From IMG/VR virus record IMGVR_UViG_3300025678_000005: a stretch of DNA of 64,000 bases, one strand, 5' to 3'. A model generated the notes under the pieces. The model saw only the letters and a list, made by a program, of their open reading frames with translations. It was not told the origin of the DNA and searched no databases. Positions 22,215 to 31,942 of this stretch are shown piece after piece (the first letter of the stretch is position 1; every line of letters starts with the position of its first letter). Position numbers and translations under genes: made by a program. The stretch is from a virus (lineage: Duplodnaviria; Caudoviricetes).

Positions 22215-23141
22215 ATGGACACCGTTTTAAACTCAAACAGAATATTATTTTTTGATGGTTATGATGTAATAGAAGAATATGAAAAAGAGGAAAAAGATAC
22301 AATGATGTGGATTAAAGAAGATGATTTATTTAGACCAACAAATAAAATAGAATTAAAAAATACTTTAGAACCTGGACTATATTCAATAGATTATAGTAGA
22401 GATCTTGGATATTATTGTATTAAAATGGAAATAAAATCTGATGAATTATTTATTTTTTCAAATACTATAATTGATAGTTTGTTTAAAGAAATAGAAACTT
22501 TTTGGAATCGTGAGCAGATTTATAAAGATAAGCATTTAGTACATAAACGTGGTATTTTGTTACAAGGACTCCCTGGAACAGGAAAAACTTCGATAGTTTC
22601 TATTATAATGTCACAAATCGTTAAGTCTGGTGGGGTCGTGTTTAAAATTGAGGATGCCAATGCACTTCCAACAGCTATCAAATTTATATCAAACCATTTT
22701 AGAAAAATACAACCAGATACTCCTATAATAACTATAATAGAAGAATTAGATACTTTTTTAGAAGTAAAAAATGAACTTCTTGATTTTTTAGATGGAAAAA
22801 CACATATAGATCATCATCTTGTTTTAGCGACAACAAATAATTCTTCTGCTATACCAAACACCTTTCTTAGACCAAGTAGAATAGATTTAATTGTACAAGT
22901 TGACTTACCAGACGAAATAACAAGAGAAGAATATTTTAAATATAAAAATGTTCCAGAAGAAGATATGCAAAAACTTGTAAATGGGTCTTCTGGATGTTCT
23001 TTAGCAGATTTAAAAGAACTTTATATTTGTGTATATGTTTTAGGTTATGATATTCCGTCTGCTATAAATAAAGTTACGGCACCTAGAGTAAAAACAAATT
23101 ATTTAACAGATCAAAGACAACAAAATAAATTGGGATTTTAA
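22215..23141 (+). CDS. AAA+ ATPase
   Basis: KRGILL.G.PGTGKT, IIEELD, LDG, TTN and RPSR.D motifs. Confidence 0.9.
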   Translation: MDTVLNSNRILFFDGYDVIEEYEKEEKDTMMWIKEDDLFRPTNKIELKNTLEPGLYSIDYSRDLGYYCIKMEIKSDELFIFSNTIIDSLFKEIETFWNREQIYKDKHLVHKRGILLQGLPGTGKTSIVSIIMSQIVKSGGVVFKIEDANALPTAIKFISNHFRKIQPDTPIITIIEELDTFLEVKNELLDFLDGKTHIDHHLVLATTNNSSAIPNTFLRPSRIDLIVQVDLPDEITREEYFKYKNVPEEDMQKLVNGSSGCSLADLKELYICVYVLGYDIPSAINKVTAPRVKTNYLTDQRQQNKLGF

Positions 23142-23158
23142 AATAAACTATATTTAAT

Positions 23159-23704
23159 ATGATAAAGTACGCAAAAGGTTATACAAAGTTAGAAGCCTAT
23201 AATTCTACTGAATTTACTGTGCCATTTTCAAAATTAAAAAATGCTACTATGGCATGGAAAAAAGCTGGTTCTCCACTTGATAAGATTGAATTAAATAACT
23301 TTTTTAAAGAATATACTGAAAATCATAAGTTATTAGGAGCTTATATTGTATTACAAACAAGTTCTCCAGATTTAAGAAAAAGTCCTTATACTATTATTAC
23401 TGAAAAAAATTCGGGACGTAGAACATTTAAAAAAGTTTATTTAATTGTAGAAGCTGAATTTGATATAGATACTAAAAGAGAAAATTTGATAGAAGTAAAA
23501 AATCTGGGTGCCGTTTGCGGTGAAGCCTATCAACAAAAAGATGCTTTAATAATATTAAAAAATTTAGTTGCTGACACTAAAAAAGATTATGTTATTGTTG
23601 TAGCAAAAAAAGTATCTTCTGGTAATAGATTTGCTGGTTTTGGATTATATACTCCATCTAAAAATGCTAAAGAAGGTACATTTTTGTTTTATGTCCAAGA
23701 GTAA
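23159..23704 (+). CDS. hypothetical protein
   Basis: ORF track. Confidence 0.55.
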   Translation: MIKYAKGYTKLEAYNSTEFTVPFSKLKNATMAWKKAGSPLDKIELNNFFKEYTENHKLLGAYIVLQTSSPDLRKSPYTIITEKNSGRRTFKKVYLIVEAEFDIDTKRENLIEVKNLGAVCGEAYQQKDALIILKNLVADTKKDYVIVVAKKVSSGNRFAGFGLYTPSKNAKEGTFLFYVQE

Positions 23705-23717
23705 AGAAATATAATAA

Positions 23718-25375
23718 ATGATGGAAAACGAATCATTTGAAAAAAGATCTCAAATTATATTTGAAAGAAGTGATACAGACAAAATAAATGTAAATGGAGA
23801 ATTAATTGGTAAGATAATTGGTTATAGGTTTCATATCTTAATAAGAGATAAAGCACCATTAGATGGAATTTTAAGTAGAGAAGATGTAGAACTGATTTAT
23901 GAACTTTATTCTTCTGAAGGTGCAAATTTAACTCAAAGAGAAGTTGCAAGATATTTTCCAAAATATACTTTTCAAGAATTTAAAAGAATATTAAGAGCTT
24001 TTAATATAACAAAAGCATGTTCTCCAATAGCGCCACATCAATTTGAAGAAAGAGATGTTGAAGATTTAATTACAATTACTTTACAAAATAAAGAAAATAA
24101 TTATCTTCGTAGAATAGAACATGAGAGAAATAGGTTAATAGAAGCAAAGTTTAAAGAAACTTTAAAGAAATATGATGACCTTAGAAAAGAAGTTGAAGAT
24201 TTTAAATGTTTTTTATCAGATATAAATATTGAATTTGATTTAAAAATCCCAATAGCACATCCAGATAATCCAACAGACAATACTTTATTAGTATATTTAA
24301 GTGATATGCATATAGGAGCTGATGTTTCAAAATATTCTATTTATAGTAATGAATATAATGAAAAGGTTGTTATGCATAGAATGGAACAAGTTATAAATAG
24401 AATATATGAATTGGCTATTAAATTTAAATGCAGTAATATAATTGTATGTAATTTAGGAGATTCCCTGGATGGATATAATGCTGAAACAACTCGTGGTGGA
24501 CATATATTACCACAAAATATGGATAATAAGGATCAATTTAAAAACTTTCTTCAAGTTATGATTGAATTATTTTCTTCTTTATCTACTTGTGGAATATTTC
24601 AATCAATTCAATATGTTGTTGTAGATGGCGGAAATCATAAAAATATTATTAAATTTAATAATATTAATTGTGCTCTTGAAAAGAAATTTTCAAGTGAAAC
24701 AGAGTTAATTGCTGGAAAGCCTGAAATGGTAATCAGCAGCCAAGCTTAAACAGAAATGTTTTTGAAGGTTCAACGACTATCCCTGAAATGGGAGTACACT
24801 GTAAGTACAGTGGAAATGCTCTGCCCTTAACATGTAAAGATGAAGGTGAAGATATAGTCTGTTCTTATACGAATAGTAAGTATAAGCTGTAAATAAAATT
24901 ACGAATATAGAGTAACGACCTATATTGAACACAAAAGGACGGTGACGTGGGATATATTGCCAATAAAGCATTAATTGCAAGTCTGGAAGTTTTAAATCCA
25001 CAAATTAAATCTATCATATTTGATAAATTTATTGATTTCTTTACTGTAAATAAACATACATTTATTTTATGCCATGGCAAAGATGCTGTTGATATGTTTA
25101 AAAATATGCCTTTAACATTGAATGTTAAAACAGAAAATCAAATTAATGAATTTATTGATTATAACCAATTATCTGGAAACATTCATTTTATTAAAGGTGA
25201 TTTACATCAAAGCGCAACAACATATGGACGTAGATTTAGATACAAATCTGTAGGTTCTTTCTTTGGATCCAGTGCATGGATGCATAAAAATTTCGGTTTA
25301 ACGCTGCCATCTGTAGATTTTGATATTTTAAAAGATGATACAATATTTGAAACAAAATTAATATTATATCCGTGA
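23718..25375 (+). CDS. metallophosphoesterase split by a group I intron (exons 23718-24638 and 24938-25375)
   Basis: SDMHIG, LGD..DG; splicing restores GGNH|DGD; exon 2 has HG and GDLH; stop is TGA. Confidence 0.88.
24639..24937 (+). ncRNA. group I self-splicing intron (299 nt, no HEG ORF)
   Basis: AATTGCTGGAA ~24707, AATCAGCAG ~24731, GTTCAACGACTA ~24768, AAGATATAGTC ~24849; P1 pairs exon CAU with GUG (U-G wobble); terminal G at 24937. Confidence 0.92.
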
Positions 25376-25378
25376 TTT

Positions 25379-26140
25379 ATGGAAATTTCAATTAATGAAT
25401 TATTAAAAGGAAAGCCGACTGTTATTAAAAACAAAGAATTTTTATCAACAAAAGAATATGTCGAGCCTTTTATAGATAAAATGTCTGCTTATACAGATAA
25501 ATTTATAATAACTGTGCAGACACCAGATCAGTTAACATTATCTCAGGGATTAACAGATATTACTTATAATAGAGTCTTAATTCAAGCAGTACTACCAGAC
25601 AAATATTGTATTGATGAACATGATGAAGTTATTGGATTTTTATATGGTATAGACACTAAATTACCTGTAGCAAAAATTTATAGAGGATACTTAAATAGAG
25701 CATGTACAAATTTAACTGTTTTTAATCCAGAATGGATAGATATACAAGAAATAATACCAGAATCTCCTTTGAATTATACAGCTATTAAACGTTTAAAAGA
25801 GGCAGATAATGATCTTGCTTTAAGGATAAAACAGTTAAAAGATACCCATTTAGACAGATCAAAAAGAACTGATTATTTGGGAAAATGGGTTGATAAGACT
25901 ATTAGAGAATCTATTAGTTATGGATTTGGTTATGTAAAATTACCTGTAACAGCACCAATTGATGCTTATAAACAGCTGTTTATAGACAGAGAAAGTCCAT
26001 ATTATGTAGAAGAAACTGTAGATCCAACAATGTATACAGTTTATAATAGTTTTACAAACATTATTAAAGATGATTCAAAAGATCTATTAAATAAATTTGA
26101 AAAAACTGTTATAGTAGATAAAATATTAAATTTAGTTTAA
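25379..26140 (+). CDS. DUF932-like protein
   Basis: G.LNRACTNL and T.Y.VYN.FT pattern. Confidence 0.55.
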   Translation: MEISINELLKGKPTVIKNKEFLSTKEYVEPFIDKMSAYTDKFIITVQTPDQLTLSQGLTDITYNRVLIQAVLPDKYCIDEHDEVIGFLYGIDTKLPVAKIYRGYLNRACTNLTVFNPEWIDIQEIIPESPLNYTAIKRLKEADNDLALRIKQLKDTHLDRSKRTDYLGKWVDKTIRESISYGFGYVKLPVTAPIDAYKQLFIDRESPYYVEETVDPTMYTVYNSFTNIIKDDSKDLLNKFEKTVIVDKILNLV

Positions 26141-26195
26141 TTATATACAAGATTTTAATTCAAGGTAAGAAAAAATAAAATATAAAATTTGTAAA

Positions 26196-27281
26196 ATGGT
26201 AATAAATCAAGAATATTTATTAAAGCGAAATGCAAGAGATAAAATACAAGTAGTTTATCTTGAATTTGAACAAATTGGCAATGATTTTATAATTAAACGC
26301 TATACTGGACAATATGATGGTAAAAAACATAAACAACCAGATATTTATATTAAATCTAATTCAAAAAAATCTATTTTTTATAAAGCAAAATATGAATATA
26401 ATCAACTATTAAAAAAATATTTAAAAGATGAATATGTAACATTGCAATCTGTTACAAATAAGAAATATAATTTATTAACAAAAGAAGAGATGGAACAACT
26501 GGTTCCATCTCTAACAACTAATAAAAATGGTTTCATAAAACCAATGCTTATAAAAGATTTTAATGAATGTTCTGTTAATGTATTAGATAAAAACTTATAC
26601 TGCAGACCATATATCAATGGAATAAGGTGTATTATATTCTTTTATAATGATGAAATAATTGCTTTAGATGACAATGGTAATAGAGTTACATTTATAAATA
26701 ACATTCTAAATGAATTATCATCGTTTTTACAATTGCATCAAGATTTAGTATTAGATTGTGAAATTGATACTAGAAAAATAATAAATAATGAACCACAATG
26801 TTTGATTTGTGATGTTATTAAGACAGATAAAACTTTTTTAGAAAGGTTAGAGATATTAAATAATTTAAATAATAATTATAAAAGTATTAAAATAGCTCAA
26901 TATACACAAACAAATAATTATACACAAATAGAAAAATTAACATATAATTATATTATTAATGGTTTCAGTGGTCTAATTGCTGTCAATCCACACAGTTTAT
27001 ATAAACCTGGTAGAAAAAGTAAAAATCTTATATCTTTTACAATGGGATATAATGAAAAATTTATAATTAAAGACATTGTTGAAACTCCATTAGAAAAAGA
27101 TATGTATCTAATATTGGAAACAAAAGATGGTAGAACTTTTAACATTAATCCTAAAGAAAATTATGATTACTATTTAAATAACAAAAATATTTTAATGGGA
27201 AAATATTGTCAACTTAGATTTTTTAGTCGAGATACGGTTGGAATACCTAAACAACCAATTTTACAAACAATTTTTATATAA
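26196..27281 (+). CDS. ATP-dependent DNA ligase homolog, catalytic residues degenerate
   Basis: KPML, RPYINGIRC in place of xPKxDGxR, LDCEI, Y..GR.S..L and an OB-fold tail (GIP..P). Confidence 0.7.
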   Translation: MVINQEYLLKRNARDKIQVVYLEFEQIGNDFIIKRYTGQYDGKKHKQPDIYIKSNSKKSIFYKAKYEYNQLLKKYLKDEYVTLQSVTNKKYNLLTKEEMEQLVPSLTTNKNGFIKPMLIKDFNECSVNVLDKNLYCRPYINGIRCIIFFYNDEIIALDDNGNRVTFINNILNELSSFLQLHQDLVLDCEIDTRKIINNEPQCLICDVIKTDKTFLERLEILNNLNNNYKSIKIAQYTQTNNYTQIEKLTYNYIINGFSGLIAVNPHSLYKPGRKSKNLISFTMGYNEKFIIKDIVETPLEKDMYLILETKDGRTFNINPKENYDYYLNNKNILMGKYCQLRFFSRDTVGIPKQPILQTIFI

Positions 27282-27619
27282 TTATATAATGATTTATTTA
27301 AGAGAAACTGATCCAAATAAATTTGTAGGCAGTTATAAAAAAGATAGTATATATACTACTATACAGAAAATAAAAGATTGTTTTGGTGAACCATTTTATT
27401 ATGAAGATGAAAATTATCCAAATGATCCAATAAAAACAACAATTAGTATTATGTTATATAATCCAGATAATCATAATATTATAAGTCTGTGGGATTACAA
27501 AGTATGGGATCATGATAACGATGAAATAGATTTTGATCAAGAAATTGAATTTTCTGTTTATTATGATGATATTGAAGATTTTAAAAGAATAAAAAATCTA
27601 CTTAAAGAAAATTGATATA

Positions 27620-28408
27620 ATGCTTAAAAATAATTTAATAGGTATTTCTGGAAAAATGCAATCTGGAAAAGATACAGTAGCAACTCTAATAAAAAATTAT
27701 ATTGATCGAGAATCTCCATATATAATTAAAAAGTTTGCAGACAAACTGAAAGATATTACATGTATCCTTATAGGATGTAATAGAGAACAACTTGAAGATT
27801 CATCATTTAAAGAATCACCTTTAGGAGAAGAATGGAATAAATATAAAGTAGGACAAATTATATATAATAATAAAGAGGAATTATTAAATTCTGGATATAC
27901 ATTAAATGATGCTGAAATAATTCATTTAACTCCTAGAAAATTATTACAATTACTTGGAACTGATTGTGGTAGAAAAATTATACATCCAGATATTTGGGTA
28001 AATGCTACTTTTTGTAATTATACTCCTTCACAAAAATGGATCTTATCTGATGTTAGATTTCCAAATGAAGTAAAAGCTATAAAAGATAGAGGCGGGATAG
28101 TTATAAAAGTTATTCGAAATGATTTAAGTGATTTTTATATAATAGAACAAGCTGTAAAACAAGCACATAAAGAACTATGTATAAGACATTCTATTGATGA
28201 AAACAACGATTCTTTGCTTTGGGATGGAGACTGTTATAAAGAAAATTATCAAAAAGAATTTGATGAACTATATGATATATATATTGATTTATATAAACCG
28301 CATGAATCTGAAACTGCTTTAGATAGTTATACTGATTGGGATTATGTAATATATAATAATGGATCTTTAGAAGATTTAAATGAAAAAATAAGAAAAATAA
28401 TATTATAA
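27620..28408 (+). CDS. deoxynucleoside monophosphate kinase
   Basis: GISGK..SGKDT, FAD.LK, R.LLQ.LGT, DVRFPNE and H.SET.LD motifs. Confidence 0.9.
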   Translation: MLKNNLIGISGKMQSGKDTVATLIKNYIDRESPYIIKKFADKLKDITCILIGCNREQLEDSSFKESPLGEEWNKYKVGQIIYNNKEELLNSGYTLNDAEIIHLTPRKLLQLLGTDCGRKIIHPDIWVNATFCNYTPSQKWILSDVRFPNEVKAIKDRGGIVIKVIRNDLSDFYIIEQAVKQAHKELCIRHSIDENNDSLLWDGDCYKENYQKEFDELYDIYIDLYKPHESETALDSYTDWDYVIYNNGSLEDLNEKIRKIIL

Positions 28409-28412
28409 AAAG

Positions 28413-28856
28413 ATGGGACTAGCTGTATATTTAAAAACAAATGAAACTGTACAACATTTAAGTACAAATATATTTGTAAGAGAGGATGGTGCTAATATAG
28501 AATTGTCTATGAAAGAAGCCATTAAAAGATTTCCAGGCAATTCAATACATCAATATATAAAAGAAGACAATATAGCATTTTCTGCAAATGTAACTCATAA
28601 TCTTAATAAAATGGCAGATGCAGTAGGACTATATGAATATCTTTGGAGGCCAGATGAACATGGTATTACTAAAGCTAGACAGTTAATAGATCCATTACGA
28701 GAGGGATTACATAAATTAAAATTATATCCTGAAGAATATAAAAAATATAATCCTAAAAATGGATGGGGAAGTTATGATATATTTATAAAATTTGTACAAG
28801 ATTATTTAGATGCTTGTTATAAATATCCAGATGCAGATATAGTAGTTGATAGATAA
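28413..28856 (+). CDS. conserved phage hypothetical protein
   Basis: N.THNL..MA...G.Y..LW.P and P.NGWG.Y motifs. Confidence 0.6.
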   Translation: MGLAVYLKTNETVQHLSTNIFVREDGANIELSMKEAIKRFPGNSIHQYIKEDNIAFSANVTHNLNKMADAVGLYEYLWRPDEHGITKARQLIDPLREGLHKLKLYPEEYKKYNPKNGWGSYDIFIKFVQDYLDACYKYPDADIVVDR

Positions 28857-28880
28857 ATTAAAAATATAAAAATTATTGTT

Positions 28881-29099
28881 ATGTACAAAGATAGAATAAT
28901 ATATGAAGGATGGAGAGTTTCTGATTTTATAGCAAATTTAGAACCAACTTTAGATCTTATAATGAGTGGAAGAAGTTATATAAAATGTGAACGTTCAAAA
29001 GAATGGATTAAGAAATGGTGTATGGATAATCAACCAGGCTATAAAAAATATATTCCTGAAGTAGTGAATTATTTTGTAAACAAATATGTTAAAAAATAA
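28881..29099 (+). CDS. hypothetical protein
   Basis: ORF track (YEGW.V.DFI...WC.DNQP.YKK.IPEVV.YF). Confidence 0.55.
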   Translation: MYKDRIIYEGWRVSDFIANLEPTLDLIMSGRSYIKCERSKEWIKKWCMDNQPGYKKYIPEVVNYFVNKYVKK

Positions 29100-29693
29100 A
29101 TATTATAAAACAAAATTTAATAAACAAATTGTTTTTTATTATTGCAATTATAATAATATCTTTACTTATTATCTCTGTATGGACAGAAAATGGTTAATTT
29201 GCATTAACAGCTTTAGTATTGTTGCTTCCATTAACAATTATTACGATGTCATTTCCAAATGAATATTTATTTAATTTTTTTAATAAAAATATAAATGAAG
29301 ATTTAATACAATTAAATGATAAAGTGTATGTAGAATTAACAGATTTTGGAGCAGAAATTGCAAATAAGTTTATGAATCAACTTCCTATAAAACATGAAAA
29401 ATATATAGCAGGAAAAGTTTATGAATTTTTATTTTGGGAACTACTTAAAATTTTTGGTGATCAAGTACAGACATACCATTTAAGAATTTAAAGAAGCATT
29501 AATCTTAAATTATAAATTATGTTAAATGAACAAGATAGTGAACATTATATTGAAGTGGTTTATTGGGAAGATGAATCTGAAATTAATGGAAGTATTGATA
29601 GTATTCCTAGATTTGAAATAATATCAATTAAACAATTATGTTATTATATTTATAAGTTATTAAATACAAATTCAAATATATATTTAGAAATAT

Positions 29694-30272
29694 ATGAAAA
29701 AAACTTTATTTTTAAATTCTAATTTATTAGATAAATTGGTTTCATGTAATACTTATAATACAATATTAGACCCAGATAATATTAGTATTGAAGAAAATTT
29801 GGATTACTTCTGTACTTCTAATGAAAATTCTTTATATACATTTAACTTTGATAAATATAAAGAAAAAATATTAGAAACTATTTCTGAAATATTACCAAAA
29901 AAGATAGAACTTTCAGGAATAGAAATTGAGCTTTCATTAGGTAATATATATTCTCCAAATGAATATAATTTTAATAAAGACAATGTTGAAATAATCGTTA
30001 CATTAGATGTAGACAAGTTATATGATATTGTTAAAGATGATGAAGCATTTGATAGTTTTTTAAATAAAGAATATAGTTCTTATGATGGTTTTATGTCTTT
30101 TAATCCAAATTCTTTAAAAGATTGGAATAATGAAAATGATGATGACAGAAAAGCTTCAACTGCAATCAATTATTTATTACAAAAAAATAATTTTCATAAA
30201 ATTGATGAATATGAAATTTATAATTTTATGGAATATGATATAACTGATTTTATCGTAAAAACAGATTTATAA
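29694..30272 (+). CDS. acidic hypothetical protein
   Basis: SP.EYNF..D and SYDGF.SF pattern. Confidence 0.55.
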   Translation: MKKTLFLNSNLLDKLVSCNTYNTILDPDNISIEENLDYFCTSNENSLYTFNFDKYKEKILETISEILPKKIELSGIEIELSLGNIYSPNEYNFNKDNVEIIVTLDVDKLYDIVKDDEAFDSFLNKEYSSYDGFMSFNPNSLKDWNNENDDDRKASTAINYLLQKNNFHKIDEYEIYNFMEYDITDFIVKTDL

Positions 30273-30621
30273 AAAACATTAATTTTATGAACAATAATAT
30301 TTTAAGAGATGCAACTTTAATAGATTCACAAAAAGATGTTGATAATATAGAAGATATTTTAAGTTATCAAAATATAAAACAGAAATCATTTATATTATCA
30401 GATTATATAAACTATTGTAGAAATAAACAAAAAGATGTTGGGGAAATAATTATATGTGCAGAACATATGTGTGTTAAAAAATTTAAGAAAAAAACCAAAC
30501 AGCAGGCTTTTTGTTGCACTAAACATAGAAAAATATTTTGGTCAAAATTAAATATGTTGTAAAAATTTTAATAGTTTTGTTTATAAAATTTAATTGTAGA
30601 AATTATATAAAAAATTTTTAA

Positions 30622-30629
30622 TATCTTTG
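30622..30629 (+). promoter_or_regulatory. Bacteroidota sigma-A -7 box
   Basis: TATCTTTG matches TAnnTTTG; intergenic, upstream of the tRNA-like element. Confidence 0.6.
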
Positions 30630-30710
30630 TATTAACAGTACTTGTGGAGCATACCATTAGAACTGCCTTCAAGTCATTTTTAAACATATTATAAGTATAT
30701 TGTAAGCTCA

Positions 30711-30772
30711 TGGCGCCAAGCATAGACTGGTAGATGCTATTAGTGATCAAGGTTCATCTCCTTGGGGGTCAA
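30711..30772 (+). tRNA. tRNA-like element or pseudo-tRNA lacking the anticodon arm
   Basis: Acceptor TGGCGCC/GGGGTCA (6 of 7 pairs), D arm GCAT-AGACTGGTAG-ATGC, T arm CAAGG-TTCATCT-CCTTG; only 10 nt between the D and T arms. Confidence 0.6.
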
Positions 30773-30844
30773 AATTTTAAGAGTAATAGCAATATATTTA
30801 ACTATTATATGTTTTATTCTAAATAATTAAAGATGTGACTTATA

Positions 30845-30938
30845 AAACAACGTTGAGCGTATGTGCTGTGCAGCCTTGCACGTACTTTCAACATATAAAA
30901 CAGTTTATTGGCTGCATAGCATATACGCATTGTTGTGC
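30845..30938 (-). repeat. attC-like site 1
   Basis: Minus strand GCACAAC...GTTGTTT; 19-bp imperfect inner palindrome 30857-30875 / 30910-30928. Confidence 0.7.
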
Positions 30939-30960
30939 GTAGTGCTTTAATAATCAAAAA

Positions 30961-31164
30961 ATGGAATATAAAGGTAAAGTTTATGCAAAAATTAACGGCA
31001 AATACATTGAATGTACAGAAACCGTGCAACAATTAGAAGATAAAATATCCAAACTTGAAAGTGCGTTGGATAAAATTGCTAATGGCACACAACCATACAA
31101 TGAAAGAGAGGCTTTTATATTTGTTGATATTGCGAGACAAATAGCGAGCGATGCTATTTCTTAG
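30961..31164 (+). CDS. gene-cassette ORF 1 (67 aa, hypothetical)
   Basis: Flanked by the complementary sequences GTTGTGCGTAGTGC (30932) and GTATTACGCACAAC (31164-31177). Confidence 0.7.
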   Translation: MEYKGKVYAKINGKYIECTETVQQLEDKISKLESALDKIANGTQPYNEREAFIFVDIARQIASDAIS

Positions 31165-31170
31165 TATTAC

Positions 31171-31303
31171 GCACAACGGCTACTTGTAAGAATAGTAGCC
31201 GTGAAAAACGCAGGAAAGTTTGATTGAAACACAATAGTTTAATAACCGATGATAGCTCTAAAAAGACCACATAACAGGCTATTATTTTTACAAATTGTTA
31301 TGT
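31171..31303 (-). repeat. attC-like site 2
   Basis: Minus strand ACATAAC...GTTGTGC; inner arms TTGTAAGAATAGTAGCC (31184-31200) and GGCTATTATTTTTACAA (31277-31293). Confidence 0.7.
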
Positions 31304-31315
31304 GGCGTTATTATT

Positions 31316-31474
31316 ATGGGAACTTATGCAATATGGTATAGACCCGTGTGGGGGCAAATGACAAGGTATGTTGAGTATGTAAAAGCAAACAATGCCAGAC
31401 AGGCAGAAATAAAATTCTATGCTACAAGTGCGGGGGACAATTGCCAAAGCATTATATTAATAGAGAGGTGTTAA
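31316..31474 (+). CDS. gene-cassette ORF 2 (52 aa, hypothetical)
   Basis: Not in the ORF track. MGTYAIWYRPVWGQMTRYVEYVKANNARQAEIKFYATSAGDNCQSIILIERC; flanked by GTTATGTGGCGTTA and TAATGCCACATAAC. Confidence 0.65.
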   Translation: MGTYAIWYRPVWGQMTRYVEYVKANNARQAEIKFYATSAGDNCQSIILIERC

Positions 31475-31484
31475 TGCCACATAA

Positions 31485-31826
31485 CAATTATATTGGTATT
31501 ATATATCTTCCTATGATAACTTAACAGAAGAATTTATTGAAAAATATCAAGATAGAATATATTGGCCATCTATTGCAAAATATCAAGTTTTATCAGAAGA
31601 CTTTATTAGAAAATATAAAGACAGATTAGACTGGATTTATATTTCTACTTTTCAGATCTTATCTGAGTCATTTATAAGAGAGTTTAAAGATTATGTAGAT
31701 TGGATATGTATTAGTGAAAATCAAAAGTTTTCTGAAGAATTTATATGTGAATTTAAAGATAAAGTATATTGGAAGGCTATATATAGTTTCGGATTACCTG
31801 CAAGCACTAAAGAAGAAATAGAATAA
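31485..31826 (+). pseudogene. tryptophan-repeat protein (23-aa LSE.FI..(Y/F).D...W..I...Q repeats), 5' end cut off by the cassette block
   Basis: About 4 tandem repeats in an open frame with no start codon; the frame begins right at the AAC end of the cassette block. Confidence 0.7.
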
Positions 31827-31942
31827 TAAAAATTTAATACTTAAAGTAAAAATAGATTATAAAGATGTAGGAAGAGTGAATTATAATAATGGGGACATAA
31901 GATGTTTTAAATTTACTATTTTAGAATAATTAATAAATTAAA

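Noticed and set aside
24639-25080. Homing endonuclease within intron 2 (C-terminal tail of the 23718 ORF; minus ORFs 24777 and 24865)
   Set aside because: Too short, no HNH/GIY-YIG/LAGLIDADG motif, and they overlap the ribozyme core.
13447-30016. Short minus-strand ORFs inside the + strand replication genes, and short + strand ORFs inside the late genes (e.g. 56168, 56966, 59018)
   Set aside because: Antisense shadows with biased composition that fully overlap well-supported genes.
30655-30680. CTTCAAG as the anticodon loop of a tRNA-Trp(UCA) suppressor or a split tRNA piece
   Set aside because: The flanking bases do not form a 5-bp stem and no cloverleaf surrounds it.
30845-31485. CRISPR array
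   Set aside because: There are no identical direct repeats with regular spacers; the units are inverted repeats around ORFs.
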